Source of the DNA: Octopus bimaculoides
Taxonomy: Eukaryota
Direction: 5' to 3'
Length of the DNA stretch: 64,000 nucleotides
NCBI RefSeq assembly: GCF_001194135.2
Contig: NC_068982.1
Location: 38,658,372-38,722,371 of the forward strand
The notes under the pieces were generated by a model, which did not search any database, was not told where the DNA came from, and saw only the letters and a list, made by a program, of their open reading frames with translations. Of the stretch, positions 1 through 11,844 are shown piece by piece. The stretch's first letter is position 1. Each line of letters opens with the position of its first letter. A program made the position numbers and the translations under genes.

Positions 1-301
1 GACCTGGAAATAGAGATAACTCGAATGTGGAATCTAAAAACAGAAACAATTCCTATCATAGTAGGTGCCTTAGGTATAATAAAAAAATATTCTGACAAAT
101 ACATAACAAAAACACCAGGACTTACAAATATATATAACATACAGAAAATTGCACTACTGGGCACAGCACACATCCTACGCAAAACACTTTCAATACAGTA
201 ACCATAAGAGCACCACAGCAAACCACAGCACATACCCAAGGCGCACAGAGCTGCGCTCGGTAGTGAAGTGAAAGCACGTTATAAAAATAAAACTACTGAA
301 C

Positions 302-352
<51 letters not shown>
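1..352 (+). mobile_element. 3' end of an R4/Dong-like (restriction-endonuclease-like, REL) non-LTR retrotransposon: ORF C-terminus 1..201, 3' UTR, (TAA)n tail
   Basis: Frame 1 is open from 1 to TAA at 199-201: DLEIEITRMWNLKTETIPIIVGALG...IQKIALLGTAHILRKTLSIQ*, the typical C-terminus of REL-type LINE ORFs. It is followed by about 100 bp of UTR and (TAA)n at 302-352. It lies in an MCT intron, antisense to the gene. Confidence 0.85.
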
Positions 353-360
<8 letters not shown>

Positions 361-401
361 TTTTAAAAATAATATCAATAATAATAAATTTTTACACTAA
401 C

Positions 402-926
402 CTGCGATATGGTTTGATATATTTCAAGTCCAAAACACTACTTATGCCTATTCGGCTGATAATGTCAGTAATTCCTAAGATAGATATGAGAAAGGCAGCA
501 TTCATCTTATTTACACCTTTTTGTTTAGCAAGTGGTGGGATGAAAATAGAGACAGATTGAAAAGCAAGGGTCTGCAAACAAATACTGAACAGAAACAAAG
601 CAAAATGCAAGTCTTTTAACAAAGTACAGTCAAATAAGGGTTGTTTATTTTCTGCTTTGTTATTTCCTAATAGAAATCTTTTTAAAGAAGGCAGGCATCC
701 ATTGTTTCTACTAGTTATTGGTTCATAATTTATAGAGTGAGCAATGGACACTCGGTTTGGCCGTTCTGGTGTCACTCCTAGTGTTACAGGTGCTGGTGAA
801 AATACAGTTTTAGGAAGCTGGTTGTTCTTTGTATTACTGTCTTCTGTTTCACATTCATTTGCTTTTGTCGTAGCAGGAAGAAGTTCAACATGTTCCTGAT
901 CTACTTGTGGTGAGGGTGTTTCCCAG
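402..926 (-). CDS. SLC16/MCT monocarboxylate transporter, coding exon 5 (cytoplasmic loop plus TM7-TM9 region)
   Basis: Acceptor ttttttttag|C at 927/926; donor AG|gttagt at 402/401; phase 2 to 2, 525 nt. Encodes ...LFDCTLLKDLHFALFLFSICLQTLAFQSVSIFIPPLAKQKGVNKMNAAFLISILGITDIISRIG..., typical of the MCT C-terminal half. The gene continues beyond position 1. Confidence 0.92.
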
Positions 927-1040
927 CTAAAAAAAAAGGAGATGTAATATAATTACATTTAAAAAAAAAAAAAAAACAATTATTTCAAAATGACATTACG
1001 CTAAACAGATTACTTCTAATTAACAAAATATATGATTATA

Positions 1041-1235
1041 CTCTTTTACTCTTTTACTTGTTTCAGTCATTTGACTGCGGCCATGCTGGAGCACCACCTT
1101 TAGTCGAGCAAATCGACCCCGGGACTTATTCTGTGTAAGCCTAGTACTTATTCTATCGGTCTCTTTTGCCGAACCGCTAAGTGACGGGGACATAAACACA
1201 CCAGCATCAGTTGTCAAGCAATGCTAGGGGGACAA

Positions 1236-1266
<31 letters not shown>

Positions 1267-1361
1267 CATATATACGACGAGCTTCTTTCAGTTTCTGTCT
1301 ACCAAATCCACTCACAAGGCTTTGGTCGGCCCGAGGCTATAGTAGAAGACACTTGCCCAGG
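1041..1361 (-). mobile_element. tRNA-derived SINE family A, young 5'-truncated copy
   Basis: Reverse complement matches the full copy at 27175-27570 (tail ...GGCCGCAGTCAAATGACTGAAACAAGTAAAAGAG, central (AT)n/(GT)n). CpGs are largely retained. Confidence 0.85.
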
Positions 1362-2260
1362 ATATTATCATCATTTGATGTCCATGTTCTATGTGGGCAC
1401 AAGCTGGATGGTTTTGACAGGATGTCATGGGTCAAACGATGGCATTGTGCTCTACTGCCTACTTTGGCATGGTTTGAACAGTTTGACAGGATCTGATGAG
1501 TCCAAGGACTGCATCATGCTTCACTCTCTACTTTGGCATGGCTTGGAAGGTTTTCCAGGATCATTTGGGTGCAAAAACTATATTGTGTCCCATTGTCTAC
1601 TTTGGTATGGTTTCTATGACTGGAGGCCCTTCCTAATGCCAACCACTTTACAGTGTGTATTTTGGTGGTGGTGGTGGTGGGGGGGTTGTTGTGTGCTAGG
1701 TGTGCACTGCACACCCACCAAAAGTGGAAAATTTATTATAAATATTAACCTTACTCATTAATTTAATCACAAATCTTAATGGAAAATTTCTGTCCTGCTT
1801 GAAATTTTGTGGCATTGGATATGGCAGCACATCCAATACAACAACCAACATATGCCACTGGTAAAATCACAATGCAGCTTGCAAAATTATGTACCCTGAA
1901 GGATGGGTTGGCTTTATGCTAGAAGCCAAGAGGGTTAAAAGATGAAAAAAGTGACCACAGTAGAATAGGTTTCTCCGTTGTAGAGGAACTAACATGGATA
2001 CTCACATTTTAGGAGGAAGACTGGGTGATCAGGGAGCAGTTGGGAAGAGATAAAAATGGTAGTGATATGGTGTGGTGCCTGAGTGAATCCTCAAGGTATG
2101 AAGTGAGTAGAAGTGAGTGAAGGCAGAATAACCAGGTGTGGATGGGTAGAGGTTGCCAGGGTGTTATGGAGGGTGAGAAATGAAGGGGACTCAAATCATG
2201 ACAACTTCTCTGACTAGTGTCAGCATGGAAAGCAAACAGAAAACCCAGAACAGTGATAAA

Positions 2261-2261
<1 letters not shown>

Positions 2262-2295
<34 letters not shown>

Positions 2296-2420
2296 GGAGG
2301 AGGAGGAGGAGGAGGAGGAGGATGCTGCTGATGATGATGATAATGATGATGTTAATAATGCTACTGCTGCTGCTGATGACGATAATGGTAAAAATGATGA
2401 TATTGATGATGATGATGATG
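2262..2420. repeat. Compound (GAT)n/(GAG)n/(GCT)n microsatellite in MCT intron
   Basis: Directly visible trinucleotide runs. They explain the poly-D/E, poly-S, poly-M and poly-I/L ORFs in the track. Confidence 0.95.
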
Positions 2421-2456
2421 TGAATGCAGATGTACATAACACAATTATATACAAAC

Positions 2457-2718
2457 CTTGTTTTAACAGTTAATCGATTTTGATGTAGAGGACGGTACAG
2501 CATGCTGAAGACACACAAATTCAAAGAGATTCCGGACATCAACAATATACCACCAAAGAATCCATAAGTTTCAAAAAGCCATTCCATTAAAGGCGGAAAT
2601 ATGAACATTCCAATTCCAACACCAGCTGTTGCAAGTCCTACAGCTAATCCACGGCGTTTGTCAAAGTATCTCCCAACAGCAACCAAACATGATGTGTAGC
2701 TTAGGGATTTACCAAAAC
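2457..2718 (-). CDS. SLC16/MCT coding exon 4 (TM4-TM6)
   Basis: Acceptor tcttgaag|GT; donor AG|gtttgt; phase 1 to 2, 262 nt. Encodes FGKSLSYTSCLVAVGRYFDKRRGLAVGLATAGVGIG...LNLCVFSMLYRP, containing the MCT YF.KRR.LA.G.A..G motif and the L.RP motif. Confidence 0.95.
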
Positions 2719-2747
2719 CTTCAAGAGGAAACAAATAACTATATCAG

Positions 2748-2943
2748 CCCTTTAGTATTCAGTTGACCCTGTCAAATGTAAAGCTTAATTATTCCCACTG
2801 TTTTAAATTAATCATGCATTATCTCGTAGCTTTGAGATTTTGATAAGGTAACTGTTTATTTTTAAGAAGCCGTATCAGGCTGGCTTTACCATAAAACAGG
2901 CAGAATATTTTGGCAGGATCTGGCCAGTTTAAATGCTAAAGGG
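2748..2943. mobile_element. piggyBac-type MITE, same family as 11018-11237
   Basis: CCCTTTAGTATT...AATGCTAAAGGG termini, right end followed by TTAA. Internal ATTATCTCGTAGCTTTGAGATTT is shared with the 11 kb copy. Confidence 0.7.
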
Positions 2944-3264
2944 TTAAAAAACACAGGAAAATTAAAGAAAACAAGATTCTTCTGAAGTGATTTCTTTTGG
3001 TTTATTATCAAACTTCACAAGAATGAGTTTATGATTTAAATGAAGACGCTGATAATTATTTATCAGTTATCTTTTACTTGTTTCAGTAATTAAACTGCAG
3101 CCATGCTGGGGCACTGCCTTGAAGAGTTTTTAGACCATTGAATTGACACCACCACTTTTTCTTTTTAAAGTTTAGTACTTGATCTTTCAGTCTCTCTTGC
3201 CAAACTGCTAATTTACGGGGATGTAAACAAATGAACACCAATTGTCAAGCGATGTGGAGGACAA

Positions 3265-3560
3265 ACATAGATCCCTATATCAAGTTGCTTTAGATATACT
3301 ATGAGTGTGCCGTACACCGAGTTCGAGTTCAATAACAGGGTCAATGGTGTGACATCTTCACGGATGTACATTGCAACTCCACTATGATTTCTTTTTCTTC
3401 TGTCTGTACAGAAGATAGCATACATTAATATGTTTTTCTCTGCATCACTTATGTCTGCAGATAGATGTGCTTCTGTAAGTGCAATGCATATAGCTTGATT
3501 ACATGCAGAAAGATTGGAAAACGTGGCTGGACTGATGCATTGCTTCAAATGGAGAATACT
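3265..3560 (-). mobile_element. Degenerate LINE APE-endonuclease fragment (CR1/L2-group-like)
   Basis: Minus ORF contains IALTEAHLSADISDAE...YAIFCTDRRKRNHSGVAMYIRE...TLIVYLKQLDI, matching AP-endonuclease motifs (TETHL; R.DR...GGVA.Y) of non-LTR retrotransposons. Confidence 0.75.
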
Positions 3561-3642
3561 TTGAAGGCAATAAAATAGTACACATGTAGAACTAAGTGAA
3601 TAAAATAATATTGTAAAATTCTGGTTTGTTTTGAGGTACCCC

Positions 3643-3686
<44 letters not shown>

Positions 3687-3690
<4 letters not shown>

Positions 3691-3901
3691 GGGTGCTGAA
3701 AATTTCCTGGTTTTGGGTAAAAGAAAATACAGGAGAATCAGTTAATTATGATTTTATTCAACATATTCCCCTCTCAGATTCATACACTTACTGCAGTGGT
3801 TCTTCAGTTTTTCTAAGCCCTGTAAAAGAACTCAGAAGGTTGGGCCTCCAGCCATACCTTTCACTATACCCTTAAATCCAGGACTTTTTCAGCACATCCA
3901 C
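3687..3901. mobile_element. Mariner-derived MITE, about 215 bp
   Basis: Imperfect ~33 bp TIRs (GGGTGCTGAAAATTTCCTGG / reverse complement GGATGTGCTGAAAAAGTCCTGG) next to (TA)n. Internal minus-strand remnant reads like a mariner C-terminus (..EKLKNHCSKCMNLRGEYVE*). Confidence 0.75.
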
Positions 3902-3945
3902 ACACACACACATATAACTGGGAATAAGATAAAATTGAAACTCAC

Positions 3946-4089
3946 CTCCTAAAAAGCTGTAGGCAAAGAAAAACCACATCAAGGTATCAGAAAAGCTTCC
4001 AAGTAAAAATCCTAAACTTAAGAATATACCACCAACAAAGCTGACTTTTCTTAGAGAAAATCTGCTGCCAAGGAAACTAGCCAATGGGC
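3946..4089 (-). CDS. SLC16/MCT coding exon 3 (TM2 end-TM4 start)
   Basis: Acceptor tttttcag|GC; donor G|gtgagt; phase 1 to 1, 144 nt. Encodes GPLASFLGSRFSLRKVSFVGGIFLSLGFLLGSFSDTLMWFFFAYSFLG (MCT GP..S.L..RFG.R-type motif). Confidence 0.95.
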
Positions 4090-5689
4090 CTGAAAAATGA
4101 AAAGTATTTATTCTGAGAATTAAAACATAGAATGAAGATATTTAGATTGATAACAAAGTGCTTGTATTTCTTAGCATTGTGGAGTAGATGTCAGAAGGTT
4201 TATAATAGTGTTATTTCAGTTGTTTCAGACAGGTAACTAATTTACTGGATTAGTTATATAGAGGCTAGTGTAGAAATTAGTCAGTGGTAAGGCAATCAAG
4301 TGGTGGTCTGCCCTTGGGCAGGTCACATGCACTATTTATAGGGCCTTGGTGGGTCTGTACTCTCCCCTGCTGCTGGTAAGTAGATTACTGGAACTTTGGC
4401 TACCATGACTAGACTTGGAATGAACACTGGAGTGGTTTCCCATTGGTAAGGCTATTGCCTTACCTGATAGAAAACCTCTCCTTGACTATTTTCAGGGCCT
4501 CACAGACTGATGACATGGCTAGAATGTCTGAAACTGCAGCCTCCATTAACTATTTTGTTACCATATTTCTGTTGAAATACACTGCCTTTTTTCTTTCTCC
4601 AATTAATTTGAATATAATGAAGAATTTAGCAAAAATAAATTTCTCATTATTAAGCTGGTATTTGGAACATAAATTAACATGAAATTTCAATAGGATTTAA
4701 AAAAAAATTTTGATCAATTTAAAACAGGAAGTTTGTATCATAGAATCAAGGGCAGTTGCAGGCATTTTGGTAATAAAAGGGTTAAGAGCACCTAAGAGTG
4801 AGGTTTAGATTATGACTATCACTGAATAGCAGGAATAGTGTCTCTCATGGGCTTCTATACAATTTCTATCATAGGAAATCAGGTATTGGGGCCATGCACT
4901 GCTGCTGCATGTTGCTGCATTCTCCATTTATTGGTATTTGCTTGGGTCATTCCAGGTAAGTTCTCAGCAGTGTCCCAGTCAGTCCTCATCTCTGCAAGGT
5001 ACTGTCACATCCACTGTACCCATGCTGCAAGAGCTCTCATCTTGGTTGAATCCTCAGAGGAAAAAACACAAGGATCCTACTTGGAAAATTGAGCAACATG
5101 ACTAAACAGTCTGAGCTGATGTTCCTGAATTATACAAGTTACAAGTTTCTGTCCACCAAATTTTATTAATTTTGGTTGACCCAAAAATCATTTGCCCGAT
5201 CTGTCAAGCAGTGGGATTGAATCTAAAACCACATAATTTGAGAAGTGAACATCTTAATGATACAATGAAGTGCTTAGTTATATTTCAGAATTTCTCTCCA
5301 TATCTAAAGTTTTTGTGATAACGTCATAGATAACAGAGACAACAGTATTGTTGATAATTCATGCTACATTTCTGCTTATCAAGATCTTGTGGATAACAAA
5401 ATAATACCTATCAGAATTACTTTAAAGTGAACAGACCAACCAACACAGAAGCCTGTACATAGTCACTAGATATACAGCAAAACAACTTGAAAAGGAGAAC
5501 ACATTGGATAATGTAGTCCTAGATACACAATACCCATGGAAAGGACAAGACCACAATTAGCGCACCCCTGACTGTATATCAACTGGTCAGGTTTGATCAG
5601 GAGCTAAACAACAAAAAGAACCTTAAATTGAGCAGGGAAGTATATACATATTTTTCTTTGCTTTAAATATTTTTGGTTTATCTTTTCTT

Positions 5690-6085
5690 TTACTTGTTTC
5701 AATTATTGGACTGCAGTCATGCTGGGGCACCACCTTGAAGGGTTTTTAGTCTAACAAATTGACCCCAGTACTTATATTTTTTCTATAGTCTAGTATTAAT
5801 TCTATTGATCTCTTCTGTAGAATCATTAAGTTAGAAATTCAACACCTGTTTTCAAGTGGTGTGAGGGGGCACCAACAGAAATACAAAGGTATGCACATGC
5901 ATGCGTGCATGCACGCACACACACAAACATACAATGGGATTCCACAAAATTTCTGGCTACCAAATTCACTCACAAGGCATTGGTCAGCTCAGAGCTATAG
6001 TGAAAACACTTACCCAAGGTGCCTCACAATGGGACTGTTTGAAACCACAAAGTTGCAAAGTGAGCAATTAACAATGCTGCCTTGT
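5690..6085 (-). mobile_element. SINE family A, old degenerate copy
   Basis: CTTTTACTTGTTTCAATTATTGGACTGCAGTCATGCTGGGGCACCACC tail and AAATTCACTCACAAGGC...CTTACCCAAGGTGCC head-side motifs, CpG-decayed. Confidence 0.7.
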
Positions 6086-6390
6086 CTAAATAGAAGACAG
6101 TTGGAATTTCTACAGCCTGAACATTGAGAAATGCTATAGACAGGGGGAAAAAAACTTAGAATACATAAAACCCTTGTAATAAATTACATTTTCCTTCTTA
6201 ATTTTATTTTTAAAGCATCAAGATGTTTATGCAGTATCCTGCTTTGAGATTTTAACTTTAAGACTTTGGCAGCATCCAGAATGAAGAGAACAGAATGACA
6301 AGAATCAGAAAAAAATGAAGATTGACTGGACTATTAACTTCATATTTTTGCGTCAATTTTTAAAATAAATTTGAATGCAATTTAAGCATA

Positions 6391-6965
6391 TGAGGGGGCA
6401 CCCAAAAGAAACTGGAATTTTGCAATATTATTTTATTTGCAATTCCTTACTCAGAATTCATTGGCAGGAGCTCCGGGATACACCAGTCATATTATCAAGT
6501 TCATCAATTGTTCGGTAATGGTCCTCCAAGATCAGTTCATGAATTTTCATGACACTTTCATTCCTTCAGGAGGTCAACAGTCGTCCTGAACGAGGTTGGT
6601 CTTCAAGCAAAAAGTGACTTTCCTAAAGCATAGAAACCACTCATAAACTTGTTTTGCTCATGGCAGCATCCTTGTATGCTATTTGAAGCATGACAACTGT
6701 TTCGGCTGCTGATTCTCCCAGTAGAAAACAGAATTTCATAGAAGCATGCTGTGCTTCATTTTAGCCATTGCAAAAATCGACGAACAGGGAAGAAGCACTG
6801 CAAAACAAAGACACACAGCGTGGCAGTACGACTTCAGTGGATGCTGCCAGTCAGCAGACTGATACCTGAGGGTCATATCAAGTGGCTTCTAGCAGCAGAA
6901 GTCTGAACTACAACAGGTTTGTCCCACAGAGAATGTTTCTGGTTACTTTTGGGTACCCCATCACA
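6391..6965 (-). mobile_element. Internally deleted mariner transposon (TIRs plus HTH-encoding 5' part)
   Basis: TA-flanked TIRs TGAGGGGGCACCCAAAAGAAACTGGAA and (reverse complement) TGATGGGGTACCCAAAAGTAACCAGAA. Frameshifted minus translation KFCFLLGESAAETVVMLQIAYKDAAMSK..YEWF..EDQPRSGR..ELILEDHYRTIDEL is a mariner DNA-binding domain; the catalytic domain is missing. Confidence 0.85.
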
Positions 6966-7729
6966 TATCAAGGAAAGTAGCCATATAAAGACTGATGTGA
7001 AGAATGGACCAGTGGGCAAATGGGTAAGAAAGTTAGTTTTATGTTTTACAATTAAGGCACCGGCTTAATGAATTGTATACACTTAAATAAGAAAAAAAAA
7101 CTTGATGCCAGTCACAGAATTTAGTATTTGAAATTATGAGTGCATACCAAAATCAAACTGAAGTTAATTGTACAAATGATCTTCATTATAAGTGGTAAAA
7201 GCGTATCCTCAAAATATAGAAATATATTTACCCCAACTGTCACTTTAATCCATTTCTACATGATACCATTATAACTTGATCAGGATTCAGTAGAATGGCT
7301 TAGATTGTAATGAAACACAAACACTTAGTCCAACTGAAAACTAACTGGTGAAGCCAGTTTCTAAACACAGTCACAATTCCTTAGCTGCAATCCTTGTAGA
7401 AAGGAAGATGAAATAAAATTAATGAACACGGAAAATTACAATCACCTAGACATATTGCTTATTTGTTCTAAGTAATATTACCAACAATGTTTACAACACT
7501 TAGAAGATTATTGAAAAGTTAAAATTACAACCATCTATTTTATGTTAATGAAATTCTTAACCAAAATAGTATCAAGAATCATTTTTATATATCAGTACAT
7601 TTGATTTTTAATATTCCATTTTTTGTGGTGTTACGTAGCACAATATCAAAGTCTTCTAGCCATCTGGATCAACTGGTGTTTATTTTCTTGACCTCTTAAG
7701 ATAACTAGCAAATGCTGCCCAATGAGATA

Positions 7730-8165
7730 GTACTCAGAATTTAGATGAGCAAAACTCACAGAGGGGATAACAAGGGACTGAGACTTCTGGCAGTTTGCTG
7801 TGCTTGAGAAGACATATCAAACTAAGTAAAATCATGGCTGTCTTTGTATACAGACATGTCCCATACATCCCTCTTTAGCTGAACGATATTTAACCTTGCA
7901 GGCTTGTGGCTACTGGTGCCACATAAAAAGCAGCCATGCCAGTTCCACAGTTAAAAGCACCAGTACTGGTGCCATGTAAAAGAGCCCATGCTAATGCCAC
8001 GGAAAAGCCGCCAGTATACTGTGTCAAGTGGCTGGCATTAGGAATGGCATCCAGCCATAGAAACCATGCTAAAATGGACGTGGAGCCTAGGCAGCTCTCC
8101 AGCTGGCCAACTTCTGTCAAACCGTCCAACCCATGCCAGCATGGAAAATGGACATTAAATGATGA
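7730..8165 (+). mobile_element. Degenerate 3' end of the RTE LINE (see 17296-18062)
   Basis: GACTTCTGGCAGTTTGCTGTGCTTGAGAAGAC (ORF end) followed by TGGCATTAGGAATGGCATCCAGCC...CCAACCCATGCCAGCATGGAAAATGGACATTAAATGATGA. Confidence 0.7.
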
Positions 8166-8299
8166 ACAAAACACTGAAAGGCATTCAGTCTTGCATTCTT
8201 CAGAGCAGAAAAATTAACACAGATGGTATTTATTTTGGTGTTTCAAATCTCAGAGATCAAACTTAACTAAAATTGAATTGAGTTTAATTATTGTATCTT

Positions 8300-8745
8300 T
8301 TATCTTTTACTTGTTTCAGTCATTTTTGACTGCAGCCATGCTGGGGCACTGCCTTGTAGGGTTTTAGTTGAATAAATCGATCTCAGGGCTTATTTTTTAA
8401 AGCTTTGTACTTATTCTGTTGGTCTCTTTTGCTGAACCACTATGTAATGGAGATGTAAATACAATAACACCAGTTGTCGAGCAGTGTTGGAGGACAAACA
8501 CAGACACAAAGACACACACACATAGATATATACATATATATATGCATATATATATATATATATATATATATACATTTATATATATGCAACAAGCTTCTTT
8601 CTGTTTCCGTCTACCAAATTCATTCACAAGGCTTTGGTCAGTCCAAGGCTATAAAAGATACTTGCCTAAGGTACCGAACAGTGTGACTGAACCCAGGACC
8701 ATGTGGTTGAGAAGTAAGCTTCTTACCACACAGCCACACCTGTAC
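8300..8745 (-). mobile_element. SINE family A, near full-length copy
   Basis: Whole head-(AT)n-tail structure in reverse complement, matching 27175-27570. Confidence 0.85.
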
Positions 8746-9069
8746 CTATCATAAATTTATGATATATTAAAAAGTAACTATATTATTAATAGTTTTGATT
8801 TTGTAATTTCTTTAGATACTGTCAAATAACATAACTTATTAACCTTTACTTACTGGATCATTATAGAATTCTCTCTTAATTGAAAAACTGCATAAGAAAA
8901 ATGACTTGTGAAGAAGAAGAGAATAGAAGTATGATTAACTAATATAATAGTATTCTAATTTAATTCATACCAGATTAAGAAATATCTGAGATGTTAACAG
9001 AAAAGTAAAAAAAAATAATGATGTTAACGAAACAGAATTAAAGTCATTTAGGACTGCAATAATAATTCT

Positions 9070-9590
9070 TGCAACTAGAAGTATAAGGCCTGAAATTTTG
9101 TTGGGCAGGAGAAGTCAATTACATTGACTCCAGAGTTTAACTGATACCTATTTTTTCAAGCATGAAAGGATGAAAGACAAAGTCAACCTCAATGAAATTT
9201 GAACTCAGAATGCAAAACTGGAAAAAAATGTTATGGGGACTACAAAAATAAAAATAATGGTTTCAAATTTTGCCACAAGGGCAGTCATTTTGGGGGAGGG
9301 GATAAGTTGATTACATCAGCCCCCAGTGTTTCACTGGTACTTAATTTATTGACCCCCCGAAAGGATGAATAATGATGGTTTAAAATTTTGCCACAAGGGC
9401 AGCCATTTTGGGGAAGGGATGAGTCGATTACATCAACCCCAGTATTTCACTGGCACGTAATCTATCAATCTCAAAAGGGTGAAAGGCAAAGTTGACATTC
9501 GTGGAATTTGAACACAGAACACGAAGATGGATGAAATACCCTAAGCATTTTGTCCAGTGTGCTAATGATTCTGTCAGCTCGCCACTTTAA
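9070..9590 (-). mobile_element. Head-to-tail cluster of three SINE family B copies
   Basis: Repeated TTTCAAATTTTGCCACAAGGGCAG..ATTACATCA.CCCCAGT.TT.CACTGG.AC..AAT.TAT..ACCCC.AAAGGATGAA units, reverse complement of the 35360 copy. Confidence 0.75.
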
Positions 9591-9640
9591 TCTCCTAATA
9601 TAATAATGAGCATACTGTTTTTATATATTTGTATATATAT

Positions 9641-9955
9641 CATCGTTTAACGTTCGCTTTCCATGCTAGCATGGGTTGGACGATTTGACTGAGGACTGGT
9701 GAAACCGGATGACAACACCAGGCTCCAATCTGATTTGGCAGAGTTTCTACAGCTGGATGCCCTTCCTAACGCCAACCACTCAGAGAGTGTAGTGGGTGCT
9801 TTTACGTGTCACCTGCACGAAGGCCAGTCAGGCGGTACTGGCAACAACCAGGCTCAAAATGGTGTATTTTATGTGCCACCCGCACAAGAGCCAGTCCAGG
9901 GGCACTGACAACGATCTCGCTCGAAAATCCTACGAAGGCCAGTCAGGCGGTCCAA
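9641..9955 (-). mobile_element. RTE LINE 3' UTR-only copy
   Basis: CATCGTTTAACGTTCGCTTTCCATGCTAGCATGGGTTGGACG...GGATGCCCTTCCTAACGCCAACCA, near-identical to 17296-17527. Confidence 0.85.
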
Positions 9956-10183
9956 AATCACAGAGTAGGAGAAAGAGTAGTATAATTAAAGGGAAAGGAG
10001 AGAAAATAGTAATTCAGTGAAGGAGAGTAGTGAGAGTAATAGCCCTGACTGAGAGAGAGAGAGTGAGAGAGAGCAATAACAATGGAGAAAGGAAGAGGTG
10101 ATAGATGAATAAGGAAGGAGGGGGTGAAAAAAATCAGCATTCCAACTGTGTGTGTGTATGTAAAAGGAAGGTATGTGAATGTT

Positions 10184-10224
<41 letters not shown>

Positions 10225-10598
10225 AATGGAAATGGGATGGTGAATGTTCAATGCTAAAAAGAAAAATCAAACAGCATTTCAACTCTGTTTGAATATATGT
10301 GTGTAAATGTGTGCATGTACAAGGGATCTGTGATTATTATGTACCTCATTTTATACTTTATTTATATATAAAATACTACAATTAGTTGTAATTTTTGACA
10401 GCACAGGGTCAGCCAGTAATAATAATAACGATGATGATGATGTGAATTGTACAGCTGATTGTATTGAATAAATGTTTATTTTTCTTTTTAGTTAAATGTG
10501 ATGAATATGTTGTATTTAATGTTGAATAAACAGCTAAATGCAACCTTATATTAAAAATGTACTATAATGACAGCATGATAAGAGATTACAATACATAC

Positions 10599-10715
10599 CA
10601 CAGAGTAATCGGAGTGCACCAGATAAGGAGGTTACCCAGGCAGTTTCTGTTGAACTTTTGTTAAACTTACGTAGTAACTCCAAATATAAAATACCACCTG
10701 ACCGTTCTTGACCAC
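10599..10715 (-). CDS. SLC16/MCT coding exon 2 (TM1 end-TM2)
   Basis: Acceptor ctctttgaaaag|GT; donor G|gtatgt; phase 1 to 1, 117 nt. Encodes GGQERSGGILYLELLRKFNKSSTETAWVTSLSGALRLLCG. Not in the ORF track (no internal ATG). Confidence 0.93.
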
Positions 10716-10939
10716 CTTTTCAAAGAGAAAGCAGTGACAGCTGTATTATTATTATTGCATTTGTAGATATGTAGAATTGATATTCAATGTCAACTAAATA
10801 CAGTACTGGCTACTTTACACAAAAAATATTTTTTTAAAAATAAAGTTGTTGTGACACCACAGTTTCTGAAGATGTTTAGTTCAGAGATGTTATTCATAAA
10901 CAATTTTGTTATGCCATTTCATTTAAAGACACTTTTTTT

Positions 10940-11610
10940 ATATATCGTCTCCTTAAATTATCTACTTTTTTGAAGAGCATTAAAAAAATTGAATAAAAGA
11001 AAACCTTTCTACTTTAACCACTTAGCACTCAGATTATTCTGTCAAATGTAATGCTTATTTATTCACATTGTTTTAAAATAATCAAGCATTATCTCGTAGC
11101 TTTGAGATTTCAATGATGTGATTATTTATTTTTAGAATGACATTGTAACGTAGGTGTGAGAGGCTGAATCTGGCCAGTTTGAACATAAAAAAAGTAGATT
11201 ATTTTGGCTGGGTATGGCTAGTTTAAATCCTAAAGGGTTAAACTAATTTTTATTGTTTGGCATGAAACAAATTTATTTACTATTTAATTTCAAAATCAAT
11301 AAACTGTATGTTTGTATCTGTTTTCCTCTCTCCCATTAGCTATATTTTACAAGTCTGAAATATAACTGTTTTGAACACCTCCATTGTCAGATATTAATTC
11401 CACAAGCATCTTTTGACAATTCTAACCTGTAATAAAACAAAAAGGTAAAATACAAACTGCTAACTGAAGTTGTAGGTTTTCTTAATTACCTCTAGCAGGC
11501 CCTTGTAATGAAGAAATGTTGTTTTAACTTCTACTTTAGCTTAAGACTCACTGTGGAGCTTATAATGAGCAGTATACACTGGTTTTAGAAATGTATTTTG
11601 AGATGCTATT
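10940..11610 (+). repeat. Copy A of an old ~450 bp direct repeat (copy B at 13220-13860), interrupted by a piggyBac MITE
   Basis: Shared blocks TTTTTGAAGAGCATT.AAAAATT, TTCAAAATCAATAAA, GAAGTTGTAG.TTTTCTTAATT, TTTTAACTTCTACTT.AGCTTAAGA, TAATGAGCAGTATA..TGGTTTTAGAAATGTATTTTGAGA. Confidence 0.8.
11018..11237. mobile_element. piggyBac-type MITE
   Basis: TTAA on both sides (11014-17, 11238-41); termini CCACTTAGCA / TCCTAAAGGG; absent from the paralogous site in copy B (13260-13280). Confidence 0.8.
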
Positions 11611-11844
11611 TCTTCTTTGTAAAATGACTTAATGGTGAGAATCAGCTTTGTTTAATGTCCTGGGCCTTTGACAATAACTTTCTTAAAGCTGTATGAATAA
11701 CTAAACTAATAATTTAAGTAGAGTCTAGAGATGTTGGGTTTTTTTATGCAATAATAATCTGATAATGGCAATAGGATATTGTTTTATCTCTCAAGAGTGA
11801 ACTACATGGAATTATTTAATAAGTCTCTGTTCTACAACAACTTG

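Noticed and set aside
1494-1515. CTGATGAGTCCAAGGAC, resembling a hammerhead core with stem II
   Set aside because: Followed by TGCA rather than GAAA, no stem I/III, and it lies in a decayed antisense RTE tail.
2009-2456. Hydrophobic extension of the 241-aa ORF after the MCT exon, and the poly-D/E, poly-S, poly-M ORFs
   Set aside because: Read-through past the donor at 2457 into trinucleotide microsatellites.
4860-5095. Possible extra MCT exon or CR1/L2-type LINE 3' end
   Set aside because: MCT exons 2 and 3 already join in phase with no missing helix. Similarity to a LINE terminus (..YLAEM..ENLPGMT) is too weak to call.
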